A DNA stretch of 64,000 nucleotides. It comes from Anthoceros angustus. Taxonomy: Eukaryota; Plantae; Anthocerotophyta. The translations under genes and the position numbers were made by a program. The notes beneath the pieces were generated by a model. It did no database searches. It was not told the origin of the DNA and was given only the letters and a program-made list of their open reading frames with translations. The stretch lies in assembly GCA_010909165.1 (NCBI GenBank), contig MU008164.1:1240001-1304000 (forward strand), written 5' to 3'. Numbering within the stretch: position 1 is the first letter of the stretch; each line of letters begins with the position of its first letter. This document shows positions 12,630-24,604 of the stretch, one piece after another.

Positions 12630-13391
12630 TGACGAACGATCTGCAAATATATAGACCACGACCTGATGGAAATCGTCTACGTTACAGGTCGTCTCTCGTT
12701 CGCAACATCTGAGAATTGAGCACTGTTATGAGCTTTGGAATCCTTCGTTGCTTTGCTCGCTTGCCGAGTTGTCCCCATTGACTGGTCTTGAGCTGTCTCG
12801 ATGTAGGCAGGCTTGCAGCGTGCGGATTTGCAAAGGTGAGCGTGCTGTGAACGGGAGCTTTGAGGAGCCATTCGGAAGTGTTTTCTTGTACTGTGCTCCC
12901 TCATTGTTGCTGGACAGGCATTTCGTGACGAGCTTGGTAACCGAGAATCTTTGTCTGGCCACGACGATTGTGTCTGTTGTTTTAAGAGGCAGGACAGTTG
13001 AGGGGATGGCCGGTGCCGGCACGGATCTGGCCAGAGATGGTGCCCTGGTTAAGAAGCCCCGGTTTTGGTATCTATCCAATTTATCTTCTAGTTTGATAGC
13101 CGCCTGGGTGAAGGTAACATGTAAAGCTTTGATCCCGATAAGGCTTTGGGATTAAAGTCGCTCCCGATTGCTCCGCAGCCATATCCCTCCGGAATGTACG
13201 AGGCAGACCATCTTGAGTGACTGTAGGGAGTAATATTACTCGCATCTACATAACTTGCAGCCTTACAAGCTCATGAACTCTTCTTGAGAAGGTGTGCATA
13301 GGCTTTGAGGCTACCTACTTCTGTAGTAGGAGTTGGGCGAGGTAGCCAAACGCTTCAGGAGACGCTGGACGAGGCTGTTTGCTACCCAGCA

Positions 13392-14888
13392 ATGGAATTG
13401 GACCTTGTCCCAAAAGAGAAGAAAAAGCGCAAGCGCAAACATGTGCAAGCAGATGCTCTGTCGAGGCGTGAGGAGGAGGAGGCTGCGCAGCTGCAATCTT
13501 TGCTTTTCGGGAGACTCGAAGATACGGTAGCCGACAGGTTGGGCCGTGAGCTTCAAGACGATGAGCTTGCTGTGGTTCAAGACGATGAGGCGCAGGAGGG
13601 GCCAGTCAGGAAGCCTGCGTGGGTTGATGAGGAGGAAGCGAAGTCCTCCGTCTCCATTTCCACCGTGAACAGGCTGAGGAAGCTCAGAAAGGCTGAAGGC
13701 GAGAGCGTTATGGCCGGGTCGGAGTATGTTGAGAAGCTCAGGGCTCATCACAGGAAGCTTAATCCCGGCACCGGCTGGGCGGAGCTTCCGTTTCAGAAGG
13801 ACGGGACGAGGCGAATTAGGGCTTATGATTCAGACGATGGGTCGGAGGTGGACGATAGGGAGCCGGGAAGCACGGCCCTGGTTGCTCTTAGGGATGATGC
13901 CGACCTTGTGGTGCAGAGCAAGTCCAGGTTGCCGCCGGGGATTGTAAGTATTTCCCGGATGCGGGATGCTAATAGTGAAGAGCCGTCCGGGGGCGTGGTC
14001 CAGTCTGTTGAGTTCCATCGGAATGCGCAGATTTTGATGATGGCTGGATTTGACAAGAAGATTAGGTTTTTCCAGATCGATGGGAAGAGAAACCCGAAGG
14101 TTCAGAGTATTTTTCTGGAGAGTTTTCCGGTTCACAAGGATGGATGGATCCAAGGTTGTGGCTAGTGGAAGACGGAAATATTTCTACGTGTACGATATGC
14201 ATGGGGGAAAGTAGAGAAGGCCCATCCGTTGGTAGGGCGGGAGGAGAAGAGCTTGGAGTCGTTTGAGGTGTCTCCTGACTGCAAGGTTTTAGCGTTTCAA
14301 GGGAACGAGGGTGACGTCGCTCAGTTCAAGGCAGCTGATTGGGAATCTGAAGATGAATGGCAGCGTTAGGGCTATGTCTTTTGCGGCAGATGGTACGGAG
14401 TTGCTGAGTATTGGAGAAGATGGAGAGGTGTACACTTGGGACATGAGAACCAGAAGGTGCATCCACAAAGCTCGAGATGAAGGTGATGTGAAGAGCACAG
14501 CCTTGGGTGTATCGGCGGATAGCACCGGTCAGGCCACCGGTTTGCCACCGGGTCAGGCAGTGGGGTGGTGAATGTGTATGACAGGGACTCTTTTTTGGGA
14601 GGTGATAGAAAACCCAGAAAGACGCTCATGAGTCTTGTCACCAGGATAGACAACGTGAAGTTCAACACCGACTCTCAGATTTTGGCTATCACTTCGCGGA
14701 TGAAGAAGGAGGCCTTGAGGCTCGTGCACTTGCCTTCCTACACTGTTTTCTCGAACTGGCCAACAGCAAGGACCCCTCTGCAGTATGTCCACGCCTTGGA
14801 CTTCAGTCCTGGAGGAGGCTATCTTGCAGCCGGGAATGCTGCAGGCCGAGTGTTGCTGTACAGATTACATTACTACGAGTATGCGTAA
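13392..14888 (+). CDS. UTP18: U3 snoRNA-associated protein 18 (WD40), intronless; several apparent frameshifts/short deletions at 14135-14560
   Basis: Motifs RKPAWVDEEE, VNRLRKLRKAEGE, VQSVEFHRNAQILMMAGFDKKIRFFQIDGKRNPKVQSIF, SGRRKYFY, LKMNGSVR, SNWPTARTPLQYVHALDFSPGGGYLAAGNAAGRVLLYRLHYY. Indels are required to join the ORF-track pieces. Confidence 0.9.
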
Positions 14889-15064
14889 TGGGAGACAACT
14901 ATGTTCTGGATGAAATGTCATCCTCCTCAATGGAGTAGGTGCGAATGTGGATACCTCGTCGGTCAAAATACGCCTAATCGAGACTTGATTTCTAATGGGT
15001 TGTGATGCCTTGATATTTAGGTTTGTCTTCCAAACTGTCTTCCTCTTTGCAGCAGCATTCAGCG

Positions 15065-16552
15065 ATGTTGTCGTTGCATTTGCGGGATGAGGAGGACGAT
15101 GGAGGCAGCGTGGAGCCGGACGGCGGCCGCAGGATACTGGGCCTGCGGCGGCTGCAGGAGCCGCTGCACCAGGTGGCGGCAGCGGAGAGGGCCGGGTGTG
15201 GCTGCGGAGTGCTCTGGCGGGCCTGCCGGTGGCGCCTGGATCGCACGCAGGGGTTTTCGAGAATCTGCTGGCGAACGCGGCCGCTGCGTGCCGGGATGCG
15301 GACGCGGATGGCGTGACGGTGGAGCCGGTGGCGAGGCAGGTGGCGAGGCTGGTGTGCGAGAGGCAGGCCAGGGGCGTGGCGAGGCTGCTGGCCCGGGGAG
15401 ACGGGAGCCTGGTGCGGGATTTCTTCGCGGGGCAGGAGGGCCGGATCCGGCGATGGTTCAGGGCCTTCGCGGGCGGGAGCTCAGAGCACCAGCTCAGGGC
15501 CCGGCGCTGGCGCGGTACGCCTTCGTGCACCGGGAGACGTGCTGGGAGGAGCTGGAGTGGCAGGGAAGGGGCCGGGCGCAGGCGCCGGCTACTGTGGCGG
15601 CCAAGCCGCATTACTTCAGGAGCTGGACGTGGTGCGGACGGTGAACAATTTCATCCAGCGGGTGCCGGGCTTCTGGAGCTCGGACGAGCTCTGGGACTCG
15701 CTCAGGGACGGCGGCTTCGTCGCCTTGGACACGGAGTTCTTCGCGAAGGAGCTGCTATGGCGGATGTTCAACAACAACTCCTTGCAGGCCTGGGAGCTTG
15801 TGCGGGAATTTCTTGCGTCCGAGAGCTTCTCGGCGCTGGCTCGTCCCGTGCTGCCGCTGGTTAGGGATGCGGAGCTGCTCATGTTTGTGCACGATCTTGG
15901 AGGCGCTTCGATGTGGAGGGAGGAGGAGGGCGGGAGCGCGCGCAGAAGCTGGCTGGAGCAGGCGATGGCGGCCGGAGTTCGGTGGAGCTCCTTGGACGAC
16001 CTCTTGGTGGCCAGCGCTTGCGCCTGCAACGCGCGGGAGCTTCGGAAGCTTTTGATGGACGAAGAGCATCAGGAGCAGGCCTTTCTCGTGAAGCAGGCGC
16101 TGGGGAGTTTGATGCAGATGACGGCACCAGACGCGGTGCGTCAGCACTGGGCTTTGAGGCTGGACTTGGCCAGATCGCGGGACTGGAAGGCGTGGAAGTG
16201 GCTGGCCATGGAAGCGTGGGTCCTCTACAACGAACTGGCAGAGCAGGAAGAACCTCGTGTCGTGGAAACCCTGCTTGCCGATCTCGGGGTTGTCTGCCGA
16301 CTACAAAAGATATCGACGTCGGATAGTGACTATCAGTCCAAGGATGCCAAGAAAAGGCACAAGAAAAGGAAGAGAACACACGCGTCGGAAATTCCAGCAA
16401 TTGCTGATGATGGAATAGTTACCTCTACTTGTTTCAGACTTTCTGTAGATAATTTTACAATGCTGTGGACCAAGGATGATGTGGATCTATTTCTGACAGC
16501 CTACGCACTTGAGAAATGGTTACCTACTACTATAGAAGCTGCAAACCAGTAA
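15065..16552 (+). CDS. Conserved uncharacterised plant protein (At5g48340-like), intronless, about 3 apparent single-base frameshifts
   Basis: Recalled family motifs across frames: ARVWLRSAL, FFAGQEGRIRRWF, ALARYAFVHRETCWEELEWQG..ATVAAKPHYF, ELDVVRTVNNF..FWSSDEL, Lys-rich KKRHKKRKR, LSVDNFTMLWT. Confidence 0.75.
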
Positions 16553-17365
16553 ATTTACTACTGAATTAACATTTATAAATTATGTGCTCGTTACCTGAGC
16601 CCCGTACTCGTTGACGATGAGCCCCCCGCCCAGCCCGAACGCTTATTTCCTAGGGGATTTATCTGGACTTCATAGAATTTGTGCGATTACACGCTGTGCC
16701 CAACACGAGAGGAACACAGAACTAGCCAAGAGCTGGAAGGGCTGAGGGCTAACCCCCGGCACACAAGCAGAAAAAAGAGCAAGGAGGAAGGAGGAAGAGA
16801 AATGCCCGTGGCTGGGGCCAACAAGAAGGAGGCAATGAGCATCGTGCCCCAGACACAAGGTTCCCCCAGCTTGGCCACCCATTCACCGACGGAAGCCAGA
16901 GCCTCCGCATCCCGAACCCCAGTCACCAGTATAGGAGAGAGTTCCAGCTCTCGCTGTTATAGTGCCTGTAATCGAGTATTCTCCGGCTCCGAGAGGGTGT
17001 TAAATTCTTCAGAAGCGGAGTGCTCAACTTGAATAGCTCCTGCGCCCCGGACCAGGAAAGGGAGTCCGGTCTCAGGAGAGCATCCAAGTCCGACAGGGAC
17101 TTCTCCAGTGTCGACCTCCAAACCTCTTCCACAGCACCCGCGGGCATAGAGACACATCTTGGAGTTGCCGCCAGTCTTGGTGACCTGGAGTGGGCGGGAA
17201 CGGCCACACAAGGCCAACATGACTCTTGGGTTGAATGTTACATACATAGGTATGTAGCTGTGAATGAGCATGGAGCTCGCAAGAGCTAAACACCTCTCAG
17301 TTTCTTGATAAATGAAGAATAATCACCTCTCAGCTTCTTGAGAAATGCGGAATAATGGATACCTA

Positions 17366-18754
17366 CTACAATATCCAGACCCACCCGGCCACACATCCGA
17401 TGGCCAGTCCGAGGACGAGGAATAGAACCATGGTCATGGATGCAGCTTCTGCATCTTCGACGGGGACACTCTTCGGGGCGGATACCATCAAGCAGGAAGT
17501 GAGGTACCCGTTGCTGACACCCAGCAGCGCTGTGAGAACAGCCACAGGAAGCTCAGTGCGCAGAGGTGCTGGTCCGTGAAGGCAGGCCGCAAACAAAGGG
17601 AAGAAAAGGAGCCTGGCAACGCAAGCCCCAATCACGACGGTGTCGTGCAGAGTATAGTACGAGGTCATGCTTTTCCCCACCAGATCGAACACGTTGTAGA
17701 GAGCCACCAGCAGGATAGGGTACCAGTCTCCCAGTGCCTTCGACTTGACATCCTCTGTCAGGTAGCCGGGGAAGATGGCCAAAGTGACCACATAGATAAG
17801 CACCAGGGCAGCACCGAACCACTTCACCTTGCCGACAACCTGCTGAAAGGTCACGAGGTCCGTGACCTTCTGGGAGTCTCCGTGCACGACTGTGGTGGCC
17901 TCCCGAGCTGCATGCTCCACATCACCATTACTGGACCTGGGCTCACCGTCCAAGAGCAGACTGGCTGCTTCGGGCGGCTTGCCACGGGACCGATGGTACC
18001 TCATCACGGGAAGCTCGCCCATGACATTGTAGCAGACGATGCAGACAACGATGAACACCACGGCCACGATGAAGTAGAGGTTCGCACTGGCCCGTAAACC
18101 CTGGGGCGTCTGCGGGAAAACAGCCTTGGTCGTGATGCGCAGAACGGACACCAGCACACCTGCGAAGGACAGGAAGGAAGAAAGGCACAAATCCGTCACC
18201 GATATGACGATTTGGGTCACAAACAAGCGCAAGAACTGGATTTGCTGACACATACCAGAACCTGCCGTCCCCGCAACCAGGGCTTGCATGTAGCGCTCTG
18301 GGAGCTCGGCAGCAGTGCCGAACAGGCTGGCCTGGACCAGGGCATCGGCCAGGCCGGTGGCCACCACAGCGACATTGGTGCTGAAGTAGGTAGTGGCCAC
18401 GCCTCTGCCGCCGTCCTGGATCACCAGAGCGTCAAGAAGCGGGACCAGGACGATGGCGAGCAGGAAGACGCACAAGCCGATGTTGATCCGCGCGACGGCG
18501 CTGTAATGGCGGCCAAAGAGCGTGAGCAAGACGATGGCCACCAGCGATGGCAGCATGTAGATCACGGAGAAGACGCGGTCGATGTGCTTGCCCGGGTAGA
18601 GGAAATCGAAGTAGTCCACAGCCGTAATGAACACGTTCCATGGCAGCAGGATTCCCAGTCCCAGCAGGAAGAAGATCGAGTAAGCCGCATTGTAGACATC
18701 CGCCGGCGGCTCCTGTGGCTGCCGCGCCTTGTCCTGCGCTCGCTCCTGCCCCAT
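17366..18754 (-). CDS. ENT1: Equilibrative nucleoside transporter (ENT1-like), 2 exons, ~430 aa
   Basis: Motifs FFLLGLGILLPWNVFITAVDYF, PERYMQALVAGTAGSG/VLVS, TLAIFPG, YNVFDLVGK, LGVSNGYLTS. A 96-nt in-frame GT-AG intron (18160-18255) explains the read-through in the ORF track. Confidence 0.93.
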   Translation of the reverse strand: MGQERAQDKARQPQEPPADVYNAAYSIFFLLGLGILLPWNVFITAVDYFDFLYPGKHIDRVFSVIYMLPSLVAIVLLTLFGRHYSAVARINIGLCVFLLAIVLVPLLDALVIQDGGRGVATTYFSTNVAVVATGLADALVQASLFGTAAELPERYMQALVAGTAGSGMCQQIQFLRLFVTQIVISVTDLCLSSFLSFAGVLVSVLRITTKAVFPQTPQGLRASANLYFIVAVVFIVVCIVCYNVMGELPVMRYHRSRGKPPEAASLLLDGEPRSSNGDVEHAAREATTVVHGDSQKVTDLVTFQQVVGKVKWFGAALVLIYVVTLAIFPGYLTEDVKSKALGDWYPILLVALYNVFDLVGKSMTSYYTLHDTVVIGACVARLLFFPLFAACLHGPAPLRTELPVAVLTALLGVSNGYLTSCLMVSAPKSVPVEDAEAASMTMVLFLVLGLAIGCVAGWVWIL

Positions 18755-19500
18755 CCCCTGAGCTGCAGAAGAATCCCCTCACCCTTTCTTCTGCAGCTCA
18801 GCTCTTATGCTCCCCGCCTCCTCTCCGCATCACGGAATTTGCTTTCTGCTACCCGCTATACGACGGGAAGATGTAACTGAGAACAGACAATTAGAAGAAG
18901 CCAGCCAGGAGGAAAGAGTGGAGCTGCGGAACTGCATAGATTTGATATGGCAGAGCTCTCAAAACAAAAAAGTAGAAGGTAACAGTACATGCTAGGCCCT
19001 TGGCCTGATGAGGGAAAAGACGGTTTCCTTCCCTGTCTTTTCGCCCCTACAGGATGAAGCTCAATTATTGGCGGCCTGGATGTATGCTATAGCCAAGCTA
19101 CTAAAAATGGGTTCCTGCGGATACAGAATTTCCTCATGCCAGTGGTCGCTCAAGCCTACATTTGCAACCAAGGTGAAATTGAACGCTGTGTTCAACCAAG
19201 ATAGATAGAAAAATAAGGCGACTGCATACTTCTATGTACGTCTCAAACCCTCCTCAAGCTGCCAACCCTCCTCAAGCTGCTAGCCAAACATGACCCTCGC
19301 GAATATGCACGAGGTGCAGCGCTGCAAAACCTGTGGAGAAAACAAAATGGCTGAAAATTCACCAGGCCTAGACCCAGTTCCAAATCTCTCTGGTGATCTG
19401 CTGTGCTCCTATGCGATGCCTTGAGTAGCTTTGTGTACTCTTCTCCCTCCTGTGTGCAAGGTGTAAAAAACCTGTACATGTGTTGCCACTCCTACCTTGT

Positions 19501-20285
19501 TCACATGTCATCACTGTCAGACTCTGATGTGCCCTCTTCCTGAGGTTGCTGCAGCTGGAGCTGCTGCTGCTGCTGCACCTGCTGCTGCACCACCACCTGC
19601 TGGGCTGCCATTTCCTGTTTTAGGTTCTCCTCTCTCTCGTACTCAGCCGTCAGACTCTTCATGTCCTTGGGTGTTGGTAAGCTGTATCCTTCACCGAAAG
19701 AGAGAGTTGATCTCATCGCCTTCGTAAACAGAGGATGTTCAGCAACTTCAAACGGAATCCCATGCGCATAGAAACACATAGCCCACTGCACATCCAGCTC
19801 CAGCTTCTCTCGCGACCTGTTACAGGACTCAACTGTTTCCACTGAGTATTCACTGGCTTCAGAGACTCTGGCCTTGTGGCCTCTTTCCCGTTTTGCAACC
19901 TGAGCCCTCCCCGAGTGCTCTTCCTTCTGGTTGAAATGCATGAGTACTTCAGTCGGCACTTTCTTACAAGTGGTAATGCCTCGCTGACCTGTGAATTCCG
20001 ACATCACGCAGTTTCAGATGCTGGAGCCACATGGTTGATCCGCCTCCATGCAATCCATATGACTGAAATAGCACCTACCTTTCTCTACAACCCCTCAGGC
20101 AATCTGTATCAAATTTGTTAGATACAAGCTGCCTCACCTGTCAAATGTGCCCGGATCCTTGTAGCTCCTCCAACAAATTCCTTGTTGCAATACACACAAC
20201 GGTTTCTCCGAGTGCTGTTCTTTGGAGTACTCTCAGGAGGATCAAGCGGAATGACATGCTGCCATTCATCTCCTCTTCTCCCCAT
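19501..20285 (-). CDS. BED zinc-finger protein derived from an hAT transposase N-terminus, 2 exons, 211 aa, polyQ tail
   Basis: Exon 20138-20285 (W..CVYCNKEFVGGATRIRAHLT, donor G|GTGAG) splices to exon 19501-19988 (CAG|GT; QRGITTCKKVPTEV..AMCFYAHGIPFEVAEHPLF..GYSLPT). The frame is open to a TGA, and no DDE domain follows. Confidence 0.8.
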
Positions 20286-22416
20286 TTGGAACTGCACAAT
20301 CCAATAGTTCAGAGCAAAATGTAAATTAGCACCTCAAAGCTTCCTAATACCAAATGCACCACGAGAATCCAACACAAGCTCCTCAACGAGTTACAGACCG
20401 GAGACAACTAGCCAAACAGTCGACAACCCATAAAAGCTACCTGATAGATGGGATCAATCACGAAAATTTGAGCAAACGTTCCTTGCTCAACGGTTTGGTT
20501 CCACGGCAATACATCAGCATAATCTGACTACTACTTCTCATTTTGCCAAATATGCTGCAGGAACTACGCCGGTAACACTAGTAAGGTACAGGGCAGTTCC
20601 TCTATTGTGAGGACGACGACCCTGAAAAGAATACTGTCCCTTCTTCACTGAAATTTCTGGTGTAATAACCATTTCAGACATGACACCTCGTGCTCATTCA
20701 AATGCCCCACTATGTCTATGCTGTTGGACATCCAGAAAAACTTGAGTGTGAGGTATGCGCAATCGGTTATAACTGGCGACGTGCGTAAAACTCAACAGAG
20801 GACCTATTTACTTGGAAATAACCTAAATGTGCAATTGTCATGCTATGCATGACCAGAGAGAGTGGTGCAGGGCCTGCCAAAGAGCAGAAAGCACAATGAC
20901 ACAATCCTAACCCTTCACTCCGACACAATCCTAACCCTTCACTCCGACACAAAAGGACAACTTAGCCGGCCATACCTCTGAGCCTTCAGATTGACAGCAA
21001 CACGATCTTAAAGCCAGATCCATACATCAAAACACAGAACACCGATAATCTGAACTAGCTGACTTATGCACGCACAAATGCTCCATGGAAACTTGAGAAC
21101 AGAGACAAAGGAACAACAAAACACCTGAAGCAACCAGAGGATGGAGCTTGTCGAATGATGCCCAACGGCAACCGCGGCGAGAAGCGGCTCAACTCGGTGC
21201 TGACTGGCAAAGTGAGGCCGCCACCATCAACACATCTCAGCAGATGTGCCAACAACACACGAACAAAGGACGCGCCTTGGCCAATGGTAGAGCCGCCGCA
21301 ATTCCCGGTTTTACAAAGAAAGGCCAGATGCATGCAAACAAGCGACAGCTCAGAAGCATGTCCCTCCACAAGCACCTCCCCACCGCGCAACCCTTGAGAG
21401 TAGATAACAGGGACAGCAGATCACTCCATGCACAAGGGCCTGCCGTCTATCATTGCTGAGCAGCTGGAAGACACATGACCACGCCACAACCAAGAAACCG
21501 GGGAAGAAGAAGAGAGACAAACGGCTTCCAAGAGCTCCCAACTACCAATCCGGCACACGATGCCTCTTCACAGTGATGAACAGCAGCAACCTAAACCCGA
21601 GTGAATCCCGCTCCCTCACGTCCGGATTGCACTATCGATTGTAACAGGCCTTCCGGGAACATAACATAACACATCACAGCCGGCAGCCACAAGAGCTTCA
21701 CAACTTCACACGTTCCAATCCATCACAATTGAAACCCCCGTTGCGCGTGCCGTGCCACATCTGGCCTACACTGCCGCATTCCACCAATCCACCCCAGAAT
21801 CGCAGCGGATCACAACGGAACCACCCGCAGCCGGCGATTCCCACAACCACAAGGTCATTACCCCAGCTTCTTTCCGCAAAGAGCAGGGCGGATCCCCGGG
21901 ACCAGGCAGCACTAGGGAAGCCGCATGAACACCACCGATTCCGCCGCAGCAGCAACCTCTCCTTACAGATCGCGGCTGCAGCAATCTGCGGTGCAGAATC
22001 AAGACAACAAATTGCAATTCGAGCAACTGGCGGCGCAATTGGATCGTGAAACACAGGGGTTGCAGCCTTGCGGCAGCCCCACTGTGCGCAGCTGCAATCC
22101 GCAATCGGGAAAGAAAGACGGAAATGGTGGAGACGAGAAACGCGTCTGAGCGTCGAGACCCAAAGAGAGAGAAAACCGAGCCACAACCCCGAACCTGATA
22201 TTGAGCCTACCTCAGGAGATCCCGAGCCTTTGACGTGGACGCTAAGAGAGACACTCGACGCCAGACCCCAAAAAAATCCTAGAGAGAGGTATTCCACATT
22301 TTATCATTGCGAATTGTCACATACTGGACATTGCATACCTATAGGTAGGTGTGTACAAAGGTATGAACCTGAGAGGCATGCAATCGTAACACAGGAACAA
22401 GATAAACCCTGAATCG

Positions 22417-22665
22417 AGGGAGAGGGAGAAACAGTACCTAGTCAAATTCTACACAAGGTAGTTGGAAGGGAAAACCGAAAAGCAGGATGCTGCGCTAGTA
22501 CGCACGCAGCAGGATGCTGCGCAAGTACGCACGCAGCATCCTGCTGCGCTAGTACGCACATAGCAGGCTACTGCGCTAGTTCAATAGGTGCGATTCTTCG
22601 GCAAATTTCTGATAACGTTTTTCCCAGCAAGGCAACTTCTCATCACCTCGGCCCTGCCAGACCCT
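22417..22665 (-). repeat. Diverged tandem copy of the REIL 3' coding end and 3' UTR, with an expanded ~27-bp motif (22484-22580)
   Basis: 22581-22662 encodes RAEVMRSCLAGKNVIRNLPKNRTY*, versus RAEVMRSRLALKNNVIRNLPKNCTH* in REIL. gtagttggaagg..aaaacc..gcaggat.ctgcgcta is present in both copies. Confidence 0.8.
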
Positions 22666-22766
22666 CAACAGAGAGAGGGAGAGAGTGGTCGAAAGTTACA
22701 CAGACGTAGTTGGAAGGAAAAACCAAAGGGCAGGATACTGCGCTAATAAGCAGGCTCGGCGATAGT

Positions 22767-24088
22767 TTAATGGGTGCAATTCTTCGGCAAATTTCTGATG
22801 ACGTTGTTCTTGAGAGCAAGCCGACTTCTCATCACCTCGGCCCTGGCAGAGGGACGCTTGCGCATCTCCTCCGTTTTCCTCCGGAACCCTGGATTCGAAG
22901 TGGCCAGCCCCAAGCTCCGGTACTTCGCAACAACTGCATTCACAAGGACGCCCTGGCGGGCCTCCGAGGGCCTTGGCCGTTGGCGGTAATATCGGGCCAG
23001 CTCTCGGGAGCCAATGGTCTTTGACGCCTTGCCGTCGGCGGACTTCATGACCAGCTCAAGCCCTCCTGAGGTCAGGGCAACAGGGGCTTCCATGTGCAGG
23101 GAAAGAGCTTGAGAGTCGGTTCCTTCAACCGTGTAGCTGCTGCTGAAGTCGTAGTACTCTTCAAGTTCCTCCTCTGCTCCCTCGTCATCACCCTCACCGT
23201 ACCATAACTTGCAGTGGCTCTTGGATAGCATGTGCTTCCTCACAGCCTCCTTGCTTTGGAAACGCTTGCCCCTGATGTCGCAGTAGAGGCACATATGGCC
23301 CTTGGTAACCTTGAGAGCGAGGTAGACAAGGAGGCCTTCGGGATCCTTAAGATACTCAGAGTCTGGGATGAAGAATCCATGCGCTTTATGCATGTGCTCC
23401 ACGCATCCTTCGATAGTCTCATCAGGCCTCAGATCGCAGAAAAAGCACTGCCTAACATCCCAGGTGTCCTCCGCATCTTCCTCCTCCTCATGTTCCTCCA
23501 TCGTCGCATCGTTCTCCAGCATCTCCCCTTCGTCCTCCTCATCAACCTCCTCCCACTCTTCCTCACTCTCATCCTCCTCTTCCTCCTCAACCCTGCTCGA
23601 TAGTGATTTTCTCCGCGTTGCACTCTCTTCTTCAGTCCGGTCACCTGACACCTGCAGACAATTATATAACATCAGTACATCAAGATCGGGGGACAAGGAG
23701 GAATTACATGATGGCAACCTAGACGGAGAATAACAAAGTCTTTCACCTGACGAGCAGGAGCAGGTCGGATGACAGCCAGGACCCTCCCCACAGGCTCCGC
23801 TGCGGCTTTGCTGATATGAGACTTGGACTTCAGATGCTGCGCGTGCGCTTTCTCGGTAGCATACTCCTTCCCGCACAAGATGCACTTATACAGCATCCGC
23901 TCATCACTCTTCCGCTCCCTGGCCAAGGCTTCTAACCTAAGATTGAACAATCCTTCGGTGACTCCCGGCACACCCGCTACCCTCCTCTGCAGGTTGTAGC
24001 GATGCCATTCGGACCTGTAGTGCGCCTTCTGCGTGGCCTCATCTTGAAACTCCGAGTTACAGGCGTTGCAGGAGTAGCCTTGCGGCAT
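22767..24088 (-). CDS. REIL: Cytoplasmic 60S biogenesis factor REI1-like (ZNF622 family), 2 exons, 408 aa
   Basis: Exons 23747-24088 and 22767-23651, GT-AG. C2H2 fingers CNACN..HYRSEWHRYNL, CILCGKEY..HLKSKSH, CFFCD..HMHKAHGFFIPD, CLYC..HMLSKSHCK; IGSRELARYYRQRP. Confidence 0.94.
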
Positions 24089-24493
24089 GTCTCCAGATCA
24101 CACAAACGACGGCCTCAAGCAATTGCTTTCTCAGCAGAAACGGTGAAGCTCGTCTCCCCGCAGCCAAAACTCGTCTCCCCGTAGCCAAAACTCGTCGATA
24201 CACAAATCTTCTCAAGTCTCCATATCACATTCGCCTGGACCTGCAACCCCAGTTCCGGAAGCTTCTCCGCTTCCTTCCCCCGTACTCGGTTGCCAGCAGG
24301 ATGCCAAGTGCTTCGTGACGGATACACAAATTAGGGCAACGTGCCAATGCCAACCGACGGACCCCTAAGTCTTCAAATGTAGGCATACGGTAACGCCCCT
24401 CACTACACAGCTAATAACGAAGCGACAAGAGCTGGGTTCCACATGGACACACATTTACAAGAACGTGCTTATTAAGCATCATGCGCTTGGATG

Positions 24494-24604
24494 GGTACTT
24501 GGATGGGGTGCCTAAAGGGAATGGATGCCCTTGGTGCAAGTAGCTTAGGTACTTAGATAGGGTGCCTAAAGGGAATGGATGCCCTTGGTGCAAGTAGCTT
24601 AGGT
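24494..24604. repeat. 54-bp tandem repeat x2
   Basis: ggtactt.gat.gggtgcctaaagggaatggatgcccttggtgcaagtagctta at 24494 and 24548. Confidence 0.88.

Noticed and set aside
12726-13160. Possible gag-like remnant (AAIKLEDKLDRY) or small ORFs between RPS19 and UTP18
   Set aside because: A single weak motif with an in-frame stop upstream and no LTR or pol sequence; too little to call.
16670-17290. ORFs on both strands; faint resemblance to a LINE 3' (zf-RVT) region
   Set aside because: No diagnostic motif could be aligned with confidence, and frames are broken.
18160-18255. 32-aa insertion in the 462-aa ENT ORF
   Set aside because: It is an in-frame GT-AG intron, not a novel loop.
21060-22420. 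Several 60-200-aa ORFs
   Set aside because: Low-complexity, no motifs; probably 5' UTR, intron or promoter DNA of the BED gene.
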